The notes below the pieces were generated by a model that saw only the letters and a list, made by a program, of their open reading frames with translations, had not been told where the DNA came from and did no database searches. A DNA stretch of 64,000 nt, from assembly GCA_951406725.2 (NCBI GenBank), contig OX597822.1, forward strand, positions 92,938,001 to 93,002,000. The letters are read 5' to 3'. Source of the stretch: Octopus vulgaris. Taxonomy: Eukaryota. How positions within the stretch are numbered: position 1 is the first letter of the stretch; each line of letters starts with the position of its first letter. Both the position numbers and the translations under genes were made by a program. Shown one piece after another: positions 51,136 to 62,952 of the stretch.

Positions 51136-51490
51136 AGCTGTTGCTGTCTTGTGCTGTGTTCAGTGTAGTGTAGGCCAAGAAGGTGAATGTGTCAGATACC
51201 CACCTCCCCACCTGTCATCGTGTACCTCACTGCATCATTGACAGGCATAGCTGAGTGGTTATGGATTCAGTCCCACTGCATGACATCTTGGTGTCTTCTA
51301 CTATAGCCGTTTGGCTGACAAATGCCTTGTGAGTGAATTTGGTAGGTAGAAACTGTGTGGAAGCCTGTTGTGTGTGTATATACATGTGTCTTTGTGTTTG
51401 TCCTTCACCACGTGTTGACAACTGGTGTTGGTTTGTTTACATTGCCATAACTTAGAAGTTTGGCAAAAGTGTTATTCACCGTCCATTTGC

Positions 51491-51531
<41 letters not shown>

Positions 51532-51532
51532 C

Positions 51533-51561
<29 letters not shown>

Positions 51562-51563
<2 letters not shown>

Positions 51564-51960
51564 ATAAAAATAAAAGGGTAAAATTAATTAATTAATTAAT
51601 TAATCAATCAATCAATCAATTGATGAATTAATAATTAATAATTTTACCAAGTAGTTTGGTACATTAAAATGACCTTTTTAGGTAAAATTATACAAATATT
51701 CTATAATTATAAACATAATTATAATCAGGGGTCAGCTAAGTACTTCACCACGCACCGAATTTAGAAATAGGAGTTAAATGCCTTTTCTACTATCATAAAG
51801 ATCTCCCAGACAGTAACACACTTTTTGTGTGCTACTGTCTTGGAGATCTTTATGGTAGTAGAAAAGGCAATTAATTCCTTTTTCTAATTTCGGTGTGTGG
51901 TGAAGTAATTAACTGACCCTTGATTATAATTATGTTTATAATTATAGAATATTTGTATAT
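51562..51960. mobile_element. Foldback element in (TA)n with unpaired left tail
   Basis: ~130-bp inverted arms ~51690-51821 and ~51826-51958, centre cacactttttgtgtg. Confidence 0.75.
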
Positions 51961-51979
51961 ATATATATATATGTATATA

Positions 51980-52188
51980 TTTTTTACATACAAAATTTAA
52001 AGGACTGACCACTAAAAATGGACGGTCAATATGCTAGTTATAGATGTCAAAATCGCTAGCATATAGCATCCACTTTTAGTGGTCAATCCTTTAAATTTTG
52101 TATGTAAAAACTATTTTAATCTTCGGATTTTTTTAATATGCTAGGCCACTGGTTTTAATTGATTAATATCAATTTCTACCCTTATTCA

Positions 52189-52195
<7 letters not shown>
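51980..52195. mobile_element. Small foldback element in (TA)n with unpaired right tail
   Basis: TTTTTACATACAAAATTTAAAGGA..GACCACTAAAA.TGGA and its inverted copy ending TATGTAAAAA at ~52109. Confidence 0.7.
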
Positions 52196-52230
<35 letters not shown>

Positions 52231-52243
52231 GTTGTTCATTTAG

Positions 52244-52363
52244 GAGCAAGCCCATGAACGAGAGCAGGAGAGGGAGGAGTATCAGAAGGAGATCAACCAA
52301 TGGAGGACCACTGTCCAGCAGATGGAGCGACAACAGAACACTGAGATTAGACTGAAGAAAGAG
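52244..52363 (+). CDS. AKAP9: AKAP9/pericentrin-like exon (EQAHEREQEREEYQKEINQW...RLKKE); absent from the ORF track
   Basis: Acceptor catttAG, donor GAG|GTTAGT, phase 0-0, 120 nt. Resembles AKAP9 EQAIDREHERDVFQQEI. Confidence 0.92.
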
Positions 52364-53109
52364 GTTAGTGGATATTATGCTTATTAAAGGTTTTTTTTTT
52401 AATATTATATCTGTCTATCAATACACACACACACTCACCCATTCCTACATGGTAAAAATCTACAACAAGAATACAGGGAACTTGCCATAGAAAGTGGAAA
52501 ATCCAATGTTTCAGACAGAATATTCCAGGCCAACCTGTCATCCCCATCTTCAACACAACGAATCATTTCATCACTCACTTATCAATGTGCAGCATCTTCA
52601 AACACCAAAATCTACATACTCAAAGAAACAGAAAGAACCCTGCTTCAGATTTAGACTTGGTATCATATCACCGACAGGTTCAAATGGATGTTTTTTCCCT
52701 CTATTCCTACACCTCATCTTATTTCATCAGACCCTTTCTTACCCTTCAGCTCCCTTTTTATCTCAAGTTTTTCCTTTTCATTCTCACTTTCACATACTTC
52801 TCCTCATTCTATTCCCCTTTCTTTCTACTTCTTTCACTCTGTTTCACTCTCTCCTACTACTTCCTATCCGTATATGAAGCTTCTGTGGTCCTATGTCCCT
52901 CATCAGTTGCAGCCAATCTTTCTACCTTTGAGAATGTAAAATTCTGCTGTCTCCTATCAATGAAGGACTCTGTCTGAAATGTTAGATTTTTCACTTTCTA
53001 CAACAAATTCACTATACTGTGTTGATTTCAGCAAATAATACAAATCTCACTAATGTAGACCAGTACCAGTCACTTTGTAGTATATTTGATCATTCATATA
53101 CCATATATA

Positions 53110-53577
53110 CAAGGTTATTCAAAAAGAATGAACTGATTTCATTACGCAATATTTTAATAAGGAAAAGCAATAAAAAATTCCAGCTAAATCACAATTATTT
53201 ACTCACAGTCAACTTTTATTTCCTGTCTTACAGGTGTTCAATGTGGCCACCACCTGCATCATGGGCAACATCAATGCGATAAGAGAATTCCTCCCAGGGG
53301 CGTATCAGCATATCACAATCCGCTAAGTTGATTGCTGTTGTTATTCAATGTTTAACGTCATTGAGGTTAGTGGGTATGTTGATACGCCTCTGGGAGGAAT
53401 TCTCTTATCACATTGATGTTGACTGTGCTGCAGGTGGTGGCCACATTGAACACTTATAAAACAGGAAATAAAAGTTGATTGTGAGTAAATAATTGTGACT
53501 TAACTGGACTTTTCTATTGCTTTTCCTTATTAAAATATTGCGTAATGAAATCAGTTCATTCTTTTTGAATAACCTTG
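53110..53577. mobile_element. Tc1/mariner MITE formed from two inverted copies of a transposon 3' end
   Basis: TA flanks, ~200-bp TIRs starting CAAGGTTATTCAAAAAGAATG. 53376-53459 encodes MLIRLWEEFSYHIDVDCAAGGGHIEHL*. Confidence 0.85.
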
Positions 53578-55291
53578 TATATATATATCTGTGGTTCCTT
53601 TGGTATGTTTGTTCCCAAACACCATTTATTTTAGTGCTGTTGACACTGCTGAATTGAATGGTACTGCCCAGGTGTCGAAACCATAATGATATCCATGAGG
53701 CAGCTGATGAAGGAGGTATGTTGGATTGTTGGTATGGCTGTTTTTTTATATGTGGATATATATATAAATATATATAAATATATATATGATGATTTGGTGA
53801 TCAACAGTGACATTGGTTATAGGTTTTCAATGATGCTGGTCACAAGTTCACTCCGTTTATGATGATGACTGCAACTTGGCTGGAATAATTCCAGGAAATT
53901 ATTAAGATTATCTTTTGTTCAAATGCAATGGCTTCCTTGTATTTTTGTTATGCATGTGTACATCTTTTTCTGATATACATTTGTGAAAGATGTATCTCTC
54001 TCTCTCTCTTTCTCTCTCTCTCTATTGGCACTGAGGCAAACTACTATTAAAGACATGTAACTTCTACCAAATTTGTTGAGTGCCATTTTCTTTTGTTTGT
54101 CCACTGACACACACACTCTCTCACTCTCTCTAACTCTCTCTCTCTCTTTTACATAGATGTCTCTCTCTCTCTCTCTCTCTTTCTCATAAATATAGACATA
54201 TATATATGTATATATATATACATATGTAAAACCTTTTATTTTTATTATCTTTTCTCTTCTTCTATGGAATCTTTCTACTGGTCTTACTATTCTCCCTGTT
54301 TCCTTTTTGGGGATCACTGCTCTGTTAGATGGTGAGTTTTTATGGGTTTTCTATTGCTCCCACCTTCTCATTTCTGACAACACCCATCTCCCTTCATCTT
54401 TTCCTTCCAATAGTGCCCCACCACCACCACCACACCCTTTCATATCCTACCCGACCACCCAACCGGTTTTAACTCTAATAACTCTTCTACATGTCTCACA
54501 TAGAATACATTGTTGTTGCTCCTGTTGTTGTTGATATAACTGCTGTTTTGTTAAACCTTGTTTTTCTCTCTCCTGGCTTTCTTTCTCTGCAAAAAATCCT
54601 TATTTGTTGTAACTCCAGCCCCAACATCCAACTTTCCTTATCTCCTTCACACACTTACCTCTCTCTCTCTCACGTCTCTCTCCTCTTTCTCTTTGCCCTT
54701 GTTGCTAATAAACGAATTATTATTATTGTTATTGTTCTGACCCTCATTTTCACATCCCCAGTACTGCCACTACCACTACTACTACCCACACAATTATCCT
54801 TAATATTACTACAACAGAACCATTGCCTCTGCTACTGCCGTTTGTGTCTATGACCACCACCACCACCTCTAAAATGTTCCCCTTACTACCACAACCACCA
54901 CAACTGGTACTGTCTCCATCACTACAGTCATCACTACCACCATTACCACAACTGCCACTACCACTGCTGCTCCACCACCATTACTACTGCCACCCCCACC
55001 CCCAGACTATCACCACAACTACCCTAACCCTTACCTCCATAAATGTTATTGTCTCTATGACGACGGCCACCACACTGCACTCACCACCAAAATTATCCCT
55101 CCACCGTCATGACCATCACTCTATTGTCTCTATTCCCCTAACCCTAACCCAACCACTATCACTATCACAACTACCATCACCATTCTTAATACTGCTATCG
55201 TGACTACCACCACCACTACCACCACACCCACCTACCCACCCACTCAAAAAACAAGATGGCTCACTAAATCGTGTGTTAACCCCATTGCCAG

Positions 55292-55477
55292 GTGGAGGAA
55301 CTGTCTGACCAGTTGGAAAGCCGCATCTCTACCCAGAGTCAGATGTTGATGAAGAAAGAACAGCTTGAACGAGACATTCAAGACAAAGATTTGAATGCGT
55401 TGGAACTGAAGCAGTTGGTGGAACAACTAGAACAAGAGTTGGACGAGAAAGTTACCAAAGAGAAGCAACAGGAACAG
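55292..55477 (+). CDS. AKAP9: AKAP9/pericentrin-like exon (VEELSDQLESR...KEKQQEQ)
   Basis: Acceptor ttgccAG, donor CAG|GTAAGA, phase 0-0, coiled-coil composition. Confidence 0.9.
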
Positions 55478-56079
55478 GTAAGAGTCTTTGACTATTCATG
55501 GTGTGTGAGGAATGCTTATTGATACACAGAGGAGAGATAAAGATTGGTAAATAGTACAAGTAAGAATCTTTCTTGTGTCCATAGAAGATTCATGGTTTTG
55601 TTTTTCTTCTGTTAATCTCAAGAGAAAATAGCACCATTTTGCAGTCAACCGTTACTGCACAGGAACCAAATATGTTTGTGCAGCTTCTCTTGAGACTTGG
55701 GGAAACAAGTTAACTTGTTCTGATGGTGCATTACTTGTTTGAACTCTCCACGTTTCATATCATGTGGTAGTGTGCTCATTTTCGTTTTACTGACCAATAG
55801 AAAGAGATTGTGAGAACTTATTTGCATATGATTAGCATATTACAGGAGCCAGTTGGGGTGGTGGGGCTGGCATTGACCACATTTGTATGGTGCTGGGTTT
55901 TGTAACCTGGACACAGTCAGAAAAGACGTGCAAGAGCTTGGTAGTCATAGGAGTATGGTTCCTTAGACAAATTCTGAATATGTTCTGTGACAAACAAAAA
56001 CATATAAAAATAATAAATAAATAAATCACTTCCCTATATCATAAAGTTTTTGGTAATTTTGATGATGCTGTTCTTTCAG

Positions 56080-56280
56080 AGAATTCTCCAGCTTGAACAG
56101 CAGATCACCAAACTACAGGAAATCAACGAAGAATTAAGTGAAGAGATGAAGTTGTCCACAACAGAAGACAAAAAAATCATTGGTAGTCTGGAGACTCAGC
56201 TGGATGATCAGCGACTGGTTTATGAGAAGAAAGCCTTAACGCTGGATGAAGAACTGAAGAAAGCCCGCAGAATTGAAGAG
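56080..56280 (+). CDS. AKAP9: AKAP9/pericentrin-like exon (RILQLEQQITK...KKARRIEE)
   Basis: Acceptor ttctttcAG, donor GAG|GTTCGG, phase 0-0. Confidence 0.88.
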
Positions 56281-57117
56281 GTTCGGCATACATAGATTTT
56301 TTTATTGAGTAAGGGGGTGGGGGTGGGAAAATCTATTAATTCAAGAAAATATTTTGAATTTTTGATCTGGGACCTCTACATCTGTAATGCCCAGATCATC
56401 ATCGTTTAACGTCTACCTTCCATGCTAGCATGGGTGGGACGGTTTGACAAGAGCCAGCCAGGCAGAAGCCTGCACCAGACTTCAGTGACTGTTTCGGCAG
56501 GATTTTTACAGCTGGATCCCCTTCCTAATGCCAACCACTCAGCAGAGTGGACTTAGTGCTTCTTACATGGCACAAGCACAGGTGAGGTCAGTAGAGCTTT
56601 TTATGTGGTACAAGCACAGGTGAGGTCAGTTTTGGCAAGGTTTTTACAGCTGGATGCCCTTCTGGACACCATCCACTTTACAGTGTGGACTGGGTGCTTT
56701 TAAGTGGCACCTGCACTGACAAGGTCACCAAATACTTGCACGGCAAGGCAAGGCAAAAAAAAAAAATCATTCAGGGAGGGGATGAGGCATTGGAGGAGGT
56801 GATCTTGTGTTAGATGATGAAAGATTATAGTGAGAGAGATAGAGGTGTCTTGCTGTAGAGGAAGTACAAGGTTACCAGATATTATAATTAAACTTCTAGT
56901 TTATAATATCAGTGCTTGGTAGTGGTTTTGAAAGGACATTAATCCTTTGTTGCTATATTTCTGTTGAAATTCTCTGACTTTATTTTAATTCATTCTTAAA
57001 ATAATGAAGAATTTGGTAAAATAAGTTTGTCAGTTTTAAACTGGTGTTTGGAACACAAATCAGCACAATATTTCAATGGAAAGTTTAAAATTAGATCACT
57101 TTAAAACAGGGAATTTA

Positions 57118-57577
57118 CATCATTTACATTATTTACATTTGATGGATATTTGTCATCTTGTTTGTTGTTAACACAACGTTTCAGCTGGTATATCCTCCAG
57201 TCTTCATCAGGTGTCTTGGGGGAAATTTCGAACCTGGGTTCTCATTCCTAATGTATTTTTCGATGTTATTATTATTATTCAGATTCACTGCTTGGAATCA
57301 AACTTGGAATCTTGGGGTTAGTAGCCTGCGCTCTTAACCACTACGCCATATACCCATGGGCATATGCAGTGACCTGAATAATATTAATAATAATAATAAT
57401 AACATCGAAAAATACCTTAGGAATGAGAACCCAGGTTTGAAATTTTCCCAAGACACCTGATGAAGGCTGGAGGGTATACCAGCCGAAACATGTAAACAAC
57501 AAACAAGATGAGGAGAAATATCTGTGAAATGTAAATAATGTACATAACTCCTCATCTCTTAAATGTAGAACTGTATT
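57118..57577. mobile_element. Second copy of the tRNA-head/hammerhead foldback element, nested in a piggyBac-type MITE
   Basis: Direct repeat AGGGAATTTA at 57108-57117 and 57578-57587. Hammerhead motifs at 57170-57215 (minus) and 57452-57489 (plus, 3' side damaged). tRNA head mostly deleted in the right arm. Confidence 0.8.
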
Positions 57578-57798
57578 AGGGAATTTATTTCCCAGAATGA
57601 AGGGGCAGTCTTGGTGGTTTGGTGTGAAAAGGGTTAATTATGTGCCTTTACTTTCTGAGTTCAAATGCTGATGAAGTCTTCTTCGCCTTTTATCCTTTCT
57701 GAGGATCAATATAATAAAGTACCAGTCAAATACTGGAGCTGATTTGATCTTATTATATCACCATCATCATTTAACATCTGCTTTTCCCTGTTTCCATG

Positions 57799-58035
57799 GG
57801 GCGGCAAGCTGGCAGAATTGTTAGCACGCCTTGTGAAATGCTTAGCGGTATTTTGTCTACCATTACATTCTGAGTTCAAATTCCACTGAGGTCGACTTTA
57901 CCTTTCATCCTTTTGGGGTCGATTTAAATAAGTACCAGTTACACACTGGTGTCAGTGTAATCAACTTAATCTCTTTGTCTATCCTTGTTTTCCCCCTCTA
58001 TGTTTAGCCCCCTGTGTGCAATAAAGAAATAAATG
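57799..58035 (+). mobile_element. SINE family B, full length, with TSD
   Basis: Direct repeat TTTTCCCTGTT(T/G)CCATGGG at ~57782-57800 and ~58036-58054. Confidence 0.85.
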
Positions 58036-58874
58036 TTTTCCCTGTTGCCATGGGTCAGATAGAATTTGTTGAGGCAGATTTTCTATATCCTGATACCCTT
58101 CCTATTGCCACCCCCACCACCTGTTTCAAAGCAAGGTGATATTTTTCATAGCCACAGAAACCTGATATTGAACAACAAGCTTGTTGACAACCATCACATG
58201 ATGTTGTGGCAAGGCAACACAGACATATACAGATGTATGTATATGATGGTAGCCCATCTACTGAATCCCCTCACAACACTTTAGTTATCTGTTGTAGAAG
58301 ACACTTGTCAAGGTGACCCACTGTGGGACTGAACCCAAGACCGCATACTTAACCACACAACCACTCATGTGCCTATAGCCACCTCTGTGCCTATAGCTAC
58401 CCTTGTGCCTATAGCCATCACCCTGCCTACAGCCAGTGATGGCTATAGGCCTTGTATTATCATCATTTTATATACACTAGAATGATTTGGAGTTAAGTCT
58501 GTTGCCCTTTCTAGTAATCTCATTGACCACATAGAGGCTCCCTTGTTGGTATATAGCTGTTACTGTTACTTAACTCTAAACCAGATTTATTTAAGACATA
58601 TGGTGGAAAGTATTTCAGCCATGCCCATCTCATCTGTTCAGAAGTTGTATTAAAAAAATTGTTGAAGTATAATCAATTCGTGGTTATAAAAAAATCTTAT
58701 ATGGACCCCCCAAGGGCCATAGGGAGCCCCAGTGGCCATAGGGATCCTGGTTGAGATTCATTTACATAAGGGGCTCTCTGATTGGCTTTAATCACCGCTG
58801 TTGCTGCTGCTGCTGTTAATTATATCGTTTGTGGTTAATATGTGTCTGTTTTTTCCATTCAACTCTCCTTGCAG

Positions 58875-59042
58875 GAACTTTCTAGTGAAAAAGCTGCCCT
58901 TGAACAGCATGTTTGTGAAAACCTGCTCCAAATAGCCTCACTGAAGAACCAGCTGGATGAATCCCGCCAGCGTAAAATGTCTCTGGGGATGTTAGAGGAA
59001 CCAGAAGAATCTGCTGTCCAGTTGCAGATTAAAGAGAATGAG
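58875..59042 (+). CDS. AKAP9: AKAP9/pericentrin-like exon (ELSSEKAALEQHVCENLLQIASLKNQLDE...IKENE)
   Basis: Acceptor ccttgcAG, donor GAG|GTAAAG, phase 0-0. Confidence 0.9.
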
Positions 59043-60747
59043 GTAAAGTATCTTGTTGTACATTGCATTGGTGAAAAAGGGTTGAGTAGTCTTGCAGATG
59101 GTGCAAATTAGGGTTTTTACTTAAGTTTAAATGTTTGCTTTTTGGTGTAAGAGTGCATCGGTTTGTTAAGACTTCCATGTGTCATAATTTTAATTGTCTT
59201 ATTATGTCTGTCTTCCATACTGGCATGGGTTTGATGATTGGTAGACCACAGGACTGCATTGAGTGCTAATGTTTGCTTTGGTATAGTTTCTACTGATGGA
59301 CTCAACAACTTTTGTGATCAGTTGGCCTGCCGAGGAAGAAAAAAAAGATGAGGCATGGAAAAGATGGCCAAGAACAACCAAGAAGGCATCTTCCATTTGG
59401 AAGCACCTGTTCCACTTGTGGAAGAAACATCTGAGCAAGAATTGGACTCGTCTGTCACCTCACGATCTATCAATAACTGTATAAAACAAAACAGAAGAAA
59501 AAAAAGACCATCATCCATGACTGTGAGGGGTTGTCATGATTTCTGGATGCCCTTCCTAATGTCAACCACTTTAAAGAGTGTACTCCATGCTTTTTATGTG
59601 GCACCATCAGCAGTGAGGTCACTGACTAACTTGCAGGACGAGGCCGACCCCTCAACTGGTGGGGCGGGAGTAGCATTCGAGGACAGAAAAGGTCTTGCAT
59701 TAGAAGGGAAACTTGGTTACCTCAGGTGGGGAGAGAGAGAGAAGGGAAAAGGTGGTAAAGATGTGACAGGGATTGGGCAGAGGCCATACACTCCAAGTTG
59801 GAAGCATGTGGCTTAGTGGTTAGAGTGTTGGACTCCTGATCACAAGATAGTGGTTTCAATTCCTAGACCGAGCAGTGAGTTGTATTTTTGAGCAAAACAC
59901 TTCATTTCATGTTGCTCCAGTCTACTCATCTGGCAGAAAGGAGTACTCCTGCGAAGGTCTGGTGTCCTGTCCATGTGGAGAATATGTCTGCCATGAAACT
60001 AGGAAATTGGCACGTAAAAAGCACCATTCGAGTGATTGTTGCCGGTGTCGCCTTACTGGCACCTGTGCCAGTGGCATGTGAAAAAGAACATTCAAGCATG
60101 GTTGTTGCCAGTACCACTAGACTAGCTCCTGTGCAGGTGGCACATAAAAAGCACCATTTGAACTTGGTCATTGCCAGAACTACCTGACTGGCCCTTGTGC
60201 AGGTGGCTCGTAAAAGCACCCACTACACTCTCGGAATGATTGGCTTTAGGAAGGGAATCCAGCTGTAGAAACTTTGCCAGATCAGATTGGTCTAACCCAT
60301 GCTAGCATGGAAAGCAGACGTTAAATGATGATGAATATTTCTGAAATTGGCCATTATTTTCGGAACAACCTAATATCTTAATTTTTCTTTTATATTTTCA
60401 ATTTTGTATTTGGCTAGTTTTGTCCTTCATCCTGTCCTCTTCATCCTGCTTCTCTCTAGTTTTTGCTATCTCTGTGTGTGTAGCCATTTCTCTTTTATTT
60501 CTTTCAGTCATTAGACTATGGCCATGATGGGGCATCACCTTGAAAGGTTTAATTGAACAAATCGACTCCAGTACTTACAAGTCTGGTACTTATTTCGTTG
60601 ATCTTTTTTGCTGAACCACAAGGTCCCAACATGGCTGCAGTTCAATGAGTGAGACAAGAAAAAGATTAAAAAACATAAAATGAAGGTTTCTTTTTCCCTC
60701 CTTCACCAGTCTTTACTATTTCATCATTCTTGTATTTGTTGTTGCTG

Positions 60748-60781
<34 letters not shown>

Positions 60782-60818
60782 ATATATAACTGTATTTTTA
60801 TAAATTTTTTGGTCTCAG

Positions 60819-61037
60819 CTGGATGTTCTATCTGACATGGTGGACAAACTTGAATTGGAAGTGGAACGCAAGAACAGTGAACTGGCTGAACTGAAGAAAA
60901 GACTGAATGGTAACCTTGATGATAGCAAGGATGGTAAAGATGAAGATGATGATGATGATCATGATAGTGTTGCTGGTAGTGATGGAGGGAACACCACCAG
61001 AGTTCTTCAGTTGAAAGAAGAGAATGAACGGTTGAAG
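60819..61037 (+). CDS. AKAP9: AKAP9/pericentrin-like exon with acidic tract (LDVLSDMVDKLELEVERK...DEDDDDDHD...ENERLK)
   Basis: Acceptor ggtctcAG, donor AAG|GTATTT, phase 0-0. Confidence 0.88.
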
Positions 61038-61692
61038 GTATTTCCTCTATTATTATTATTATTATTATTATTATTGTCATTGTTGACCCCAACAGATCTG
61101 TGTTTATTGTGTAGACATAGGTTCAAAGATGCTTATCAGAGTTGACGGGGTCTAAAGGGGCTCCCCATCTTTTTTTGTTATAGTTACACACAGATGCAAC
61201 TGTGTGGTTAAGAAATTTTGTCCCCAACTACATGATTTTGGATTCCCACCCATGGCGCCTTAGGTAAGAATCTTCCCAGGCTGACTAAAACATTTAACAT
61301 CCATTTCCAAGCTTGGGAAAAAGTGAGGGATGGTTGAATTAGATACCAGATTATTTGTGACAATCTAGTATCTTAACCTTTTAGCATTCAGATTACTCAG
61401 TTAGATGTGATACTTCTCTATTCACATTGTTTTGGATCAATCATTTATTAACTCAAAGCTTTGAGATTTTGATGATGTGATTGCCTATTTTTAGAATGAT
61501 ATTGTAGGGCAAGTGTGGGAGGCTGGTCCTGACCAATTTGAACATAAAACAGAATATTTGGGTCACATATGGTCAGTTTATATGCTGAAGGCTTAATTTG
61601 ATTTTCTATCTACCTGTCTCCATCTCTCCATTTCTGTCTCTTTCAGTAGCCTAATATCCTCTCTTGAGGTAAATAATAGGGTCCATCTAACT

Positions 61693-61935
61693 CAGTGGTT
61701 CTCAACCACAGTCTCTATGACCCTTGATGGGGTCCTCATAAGATTTTGTTGTTAAGATTATGTGCAATAAAGAGGTTATATTTCTACAATTCATAAAATA
61801 TTTTTACAATTTTTTTTATACAATTCTTAATAATATCTAATCCTAAAATATATAATAGGAGTTTTTGAGGATCTCCTCCCCTGAATAAAATAAGTATCAA
61901 AAGGGTCCATAGGCCCCAAACAATTCAGAACCACT
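61693..61935 (+). mobile_element. hAT (Charlie-like) MITE
   Basis: CAGTGGTTCTCAACC left end and degenerate AGAACCACT right end. Related fragments at ~19892-19990, ~40560-40838 and ~58680-58760. Confidence 0.6.
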
Positions 61936-62067
61936 TATCTCATGTCTCAAAACAGGCGCTAAATCCTACATCACTGGCCCTTTACAGTACACCCCTCTCC
62001 CATAAACTCTCTGCATTTCCTGTGAAGGCATTTTACATTTACAATTCTCATTTTTTGCTTGCAACAG

Positions 62068-62238
62068 TCCCAGGTCAGTTCACTGCAACAACAGCTGACC
62101 ACTGATGGTTTCTCAAGCCTCACCCAGCAGCTACTGGATGAGAAGAACGAACAGATAGACCAGCTACGAAACCAGATCACTGAGCAGACACAGTCAAACC
62201 CATTATTCAATGATTTGTCTTCCGAAAACAGTGAACTG
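62068..62238 (+). CDS. AKAP9: AKAP9/pericentrin-like exon (SQVSSLQQQL...QLLDEKNEQIDQLRNQI...ENSEL)
   Basis: Acceptor gcaacAG (alternative in-frame CAG 6 nt downstream), donor CTG|GTAGGT, phase 0-0. Confidence 0.88.
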
Positions 62239-62766
62239 GTAGGTTCCGAGTTCTTGTACTAGTTTTGCTGTTGACGTTCCTTTCCACTTCTCTTATTTTC
62301 TTTTCTTTGTGTTTCTGTCCTGGCAGAATGGTTAGGGTCTCAACAAAAATACCTTGCACTGTTCGATGTATCTCTTAACATTCTGAGTTCAAATACCAAT
62401 GAATTCAAATTTGCTTTTCCTCCCTCCAGGGTCGATAAACTACTCTTACCCTTACTCAACACAGCATCTCAACCTGTTAGAAATAACAGGGAAATCTCCC
62501 TCAAAGTTCACCCTACTAATATATAAAAGGATATGTTGAATAATCCCTGTCACCTTTCTATGTCCCCATCCTTTCTCTCACATCACCCCCCCCCTTCATC
62601 GTATCTCTCCCCCCATCTCTGTAAGCCACTCTCTCATCTCTCTCACCCATTTTCTCTCTCTCTATTACATTTTCTTTCTCTCTCATATCTCTATCAGCCT
62701 TTCTGTCTGTCTCTCCCTCACATCTCTGTCCCCCTTTTTCACTTTTCTCTTCTTATCATCCACCAG

Positions 62767-62952
62767 AGAGAACAATTGCAGAAGAAAGTTACAGATCTTG
62801 AAGGGAAGGACGCCAAGCTGCACAGTTTGTCGGTGTTGGTCGAAGAACTCCAAAGCCGACCGTATGTCAGTGATGAGAGCTTCATGGGAGATATGTCCCT
62901 GCCATTTGAACGAGGTTCACCTTATATCGGTACCAACTCAATGACTGAACGG
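62767..62952 (+). CDS. AKAP9: AKAP9/pericentrin-like exon (REQLQKKVTDLEGK...NSMTER); gene continues beyond the window
   Basis: Long pyrimidine tract plus caccAG, donor CGG|GTCAGT, phase 0-0. Confidence 0.85.

Noticed and set aside
55021-55150. CCCTAA telomere-like repeats (also ~11807-11820)
   Set aside because: Only about two units, inside C/A-rich low-complexity sequence.
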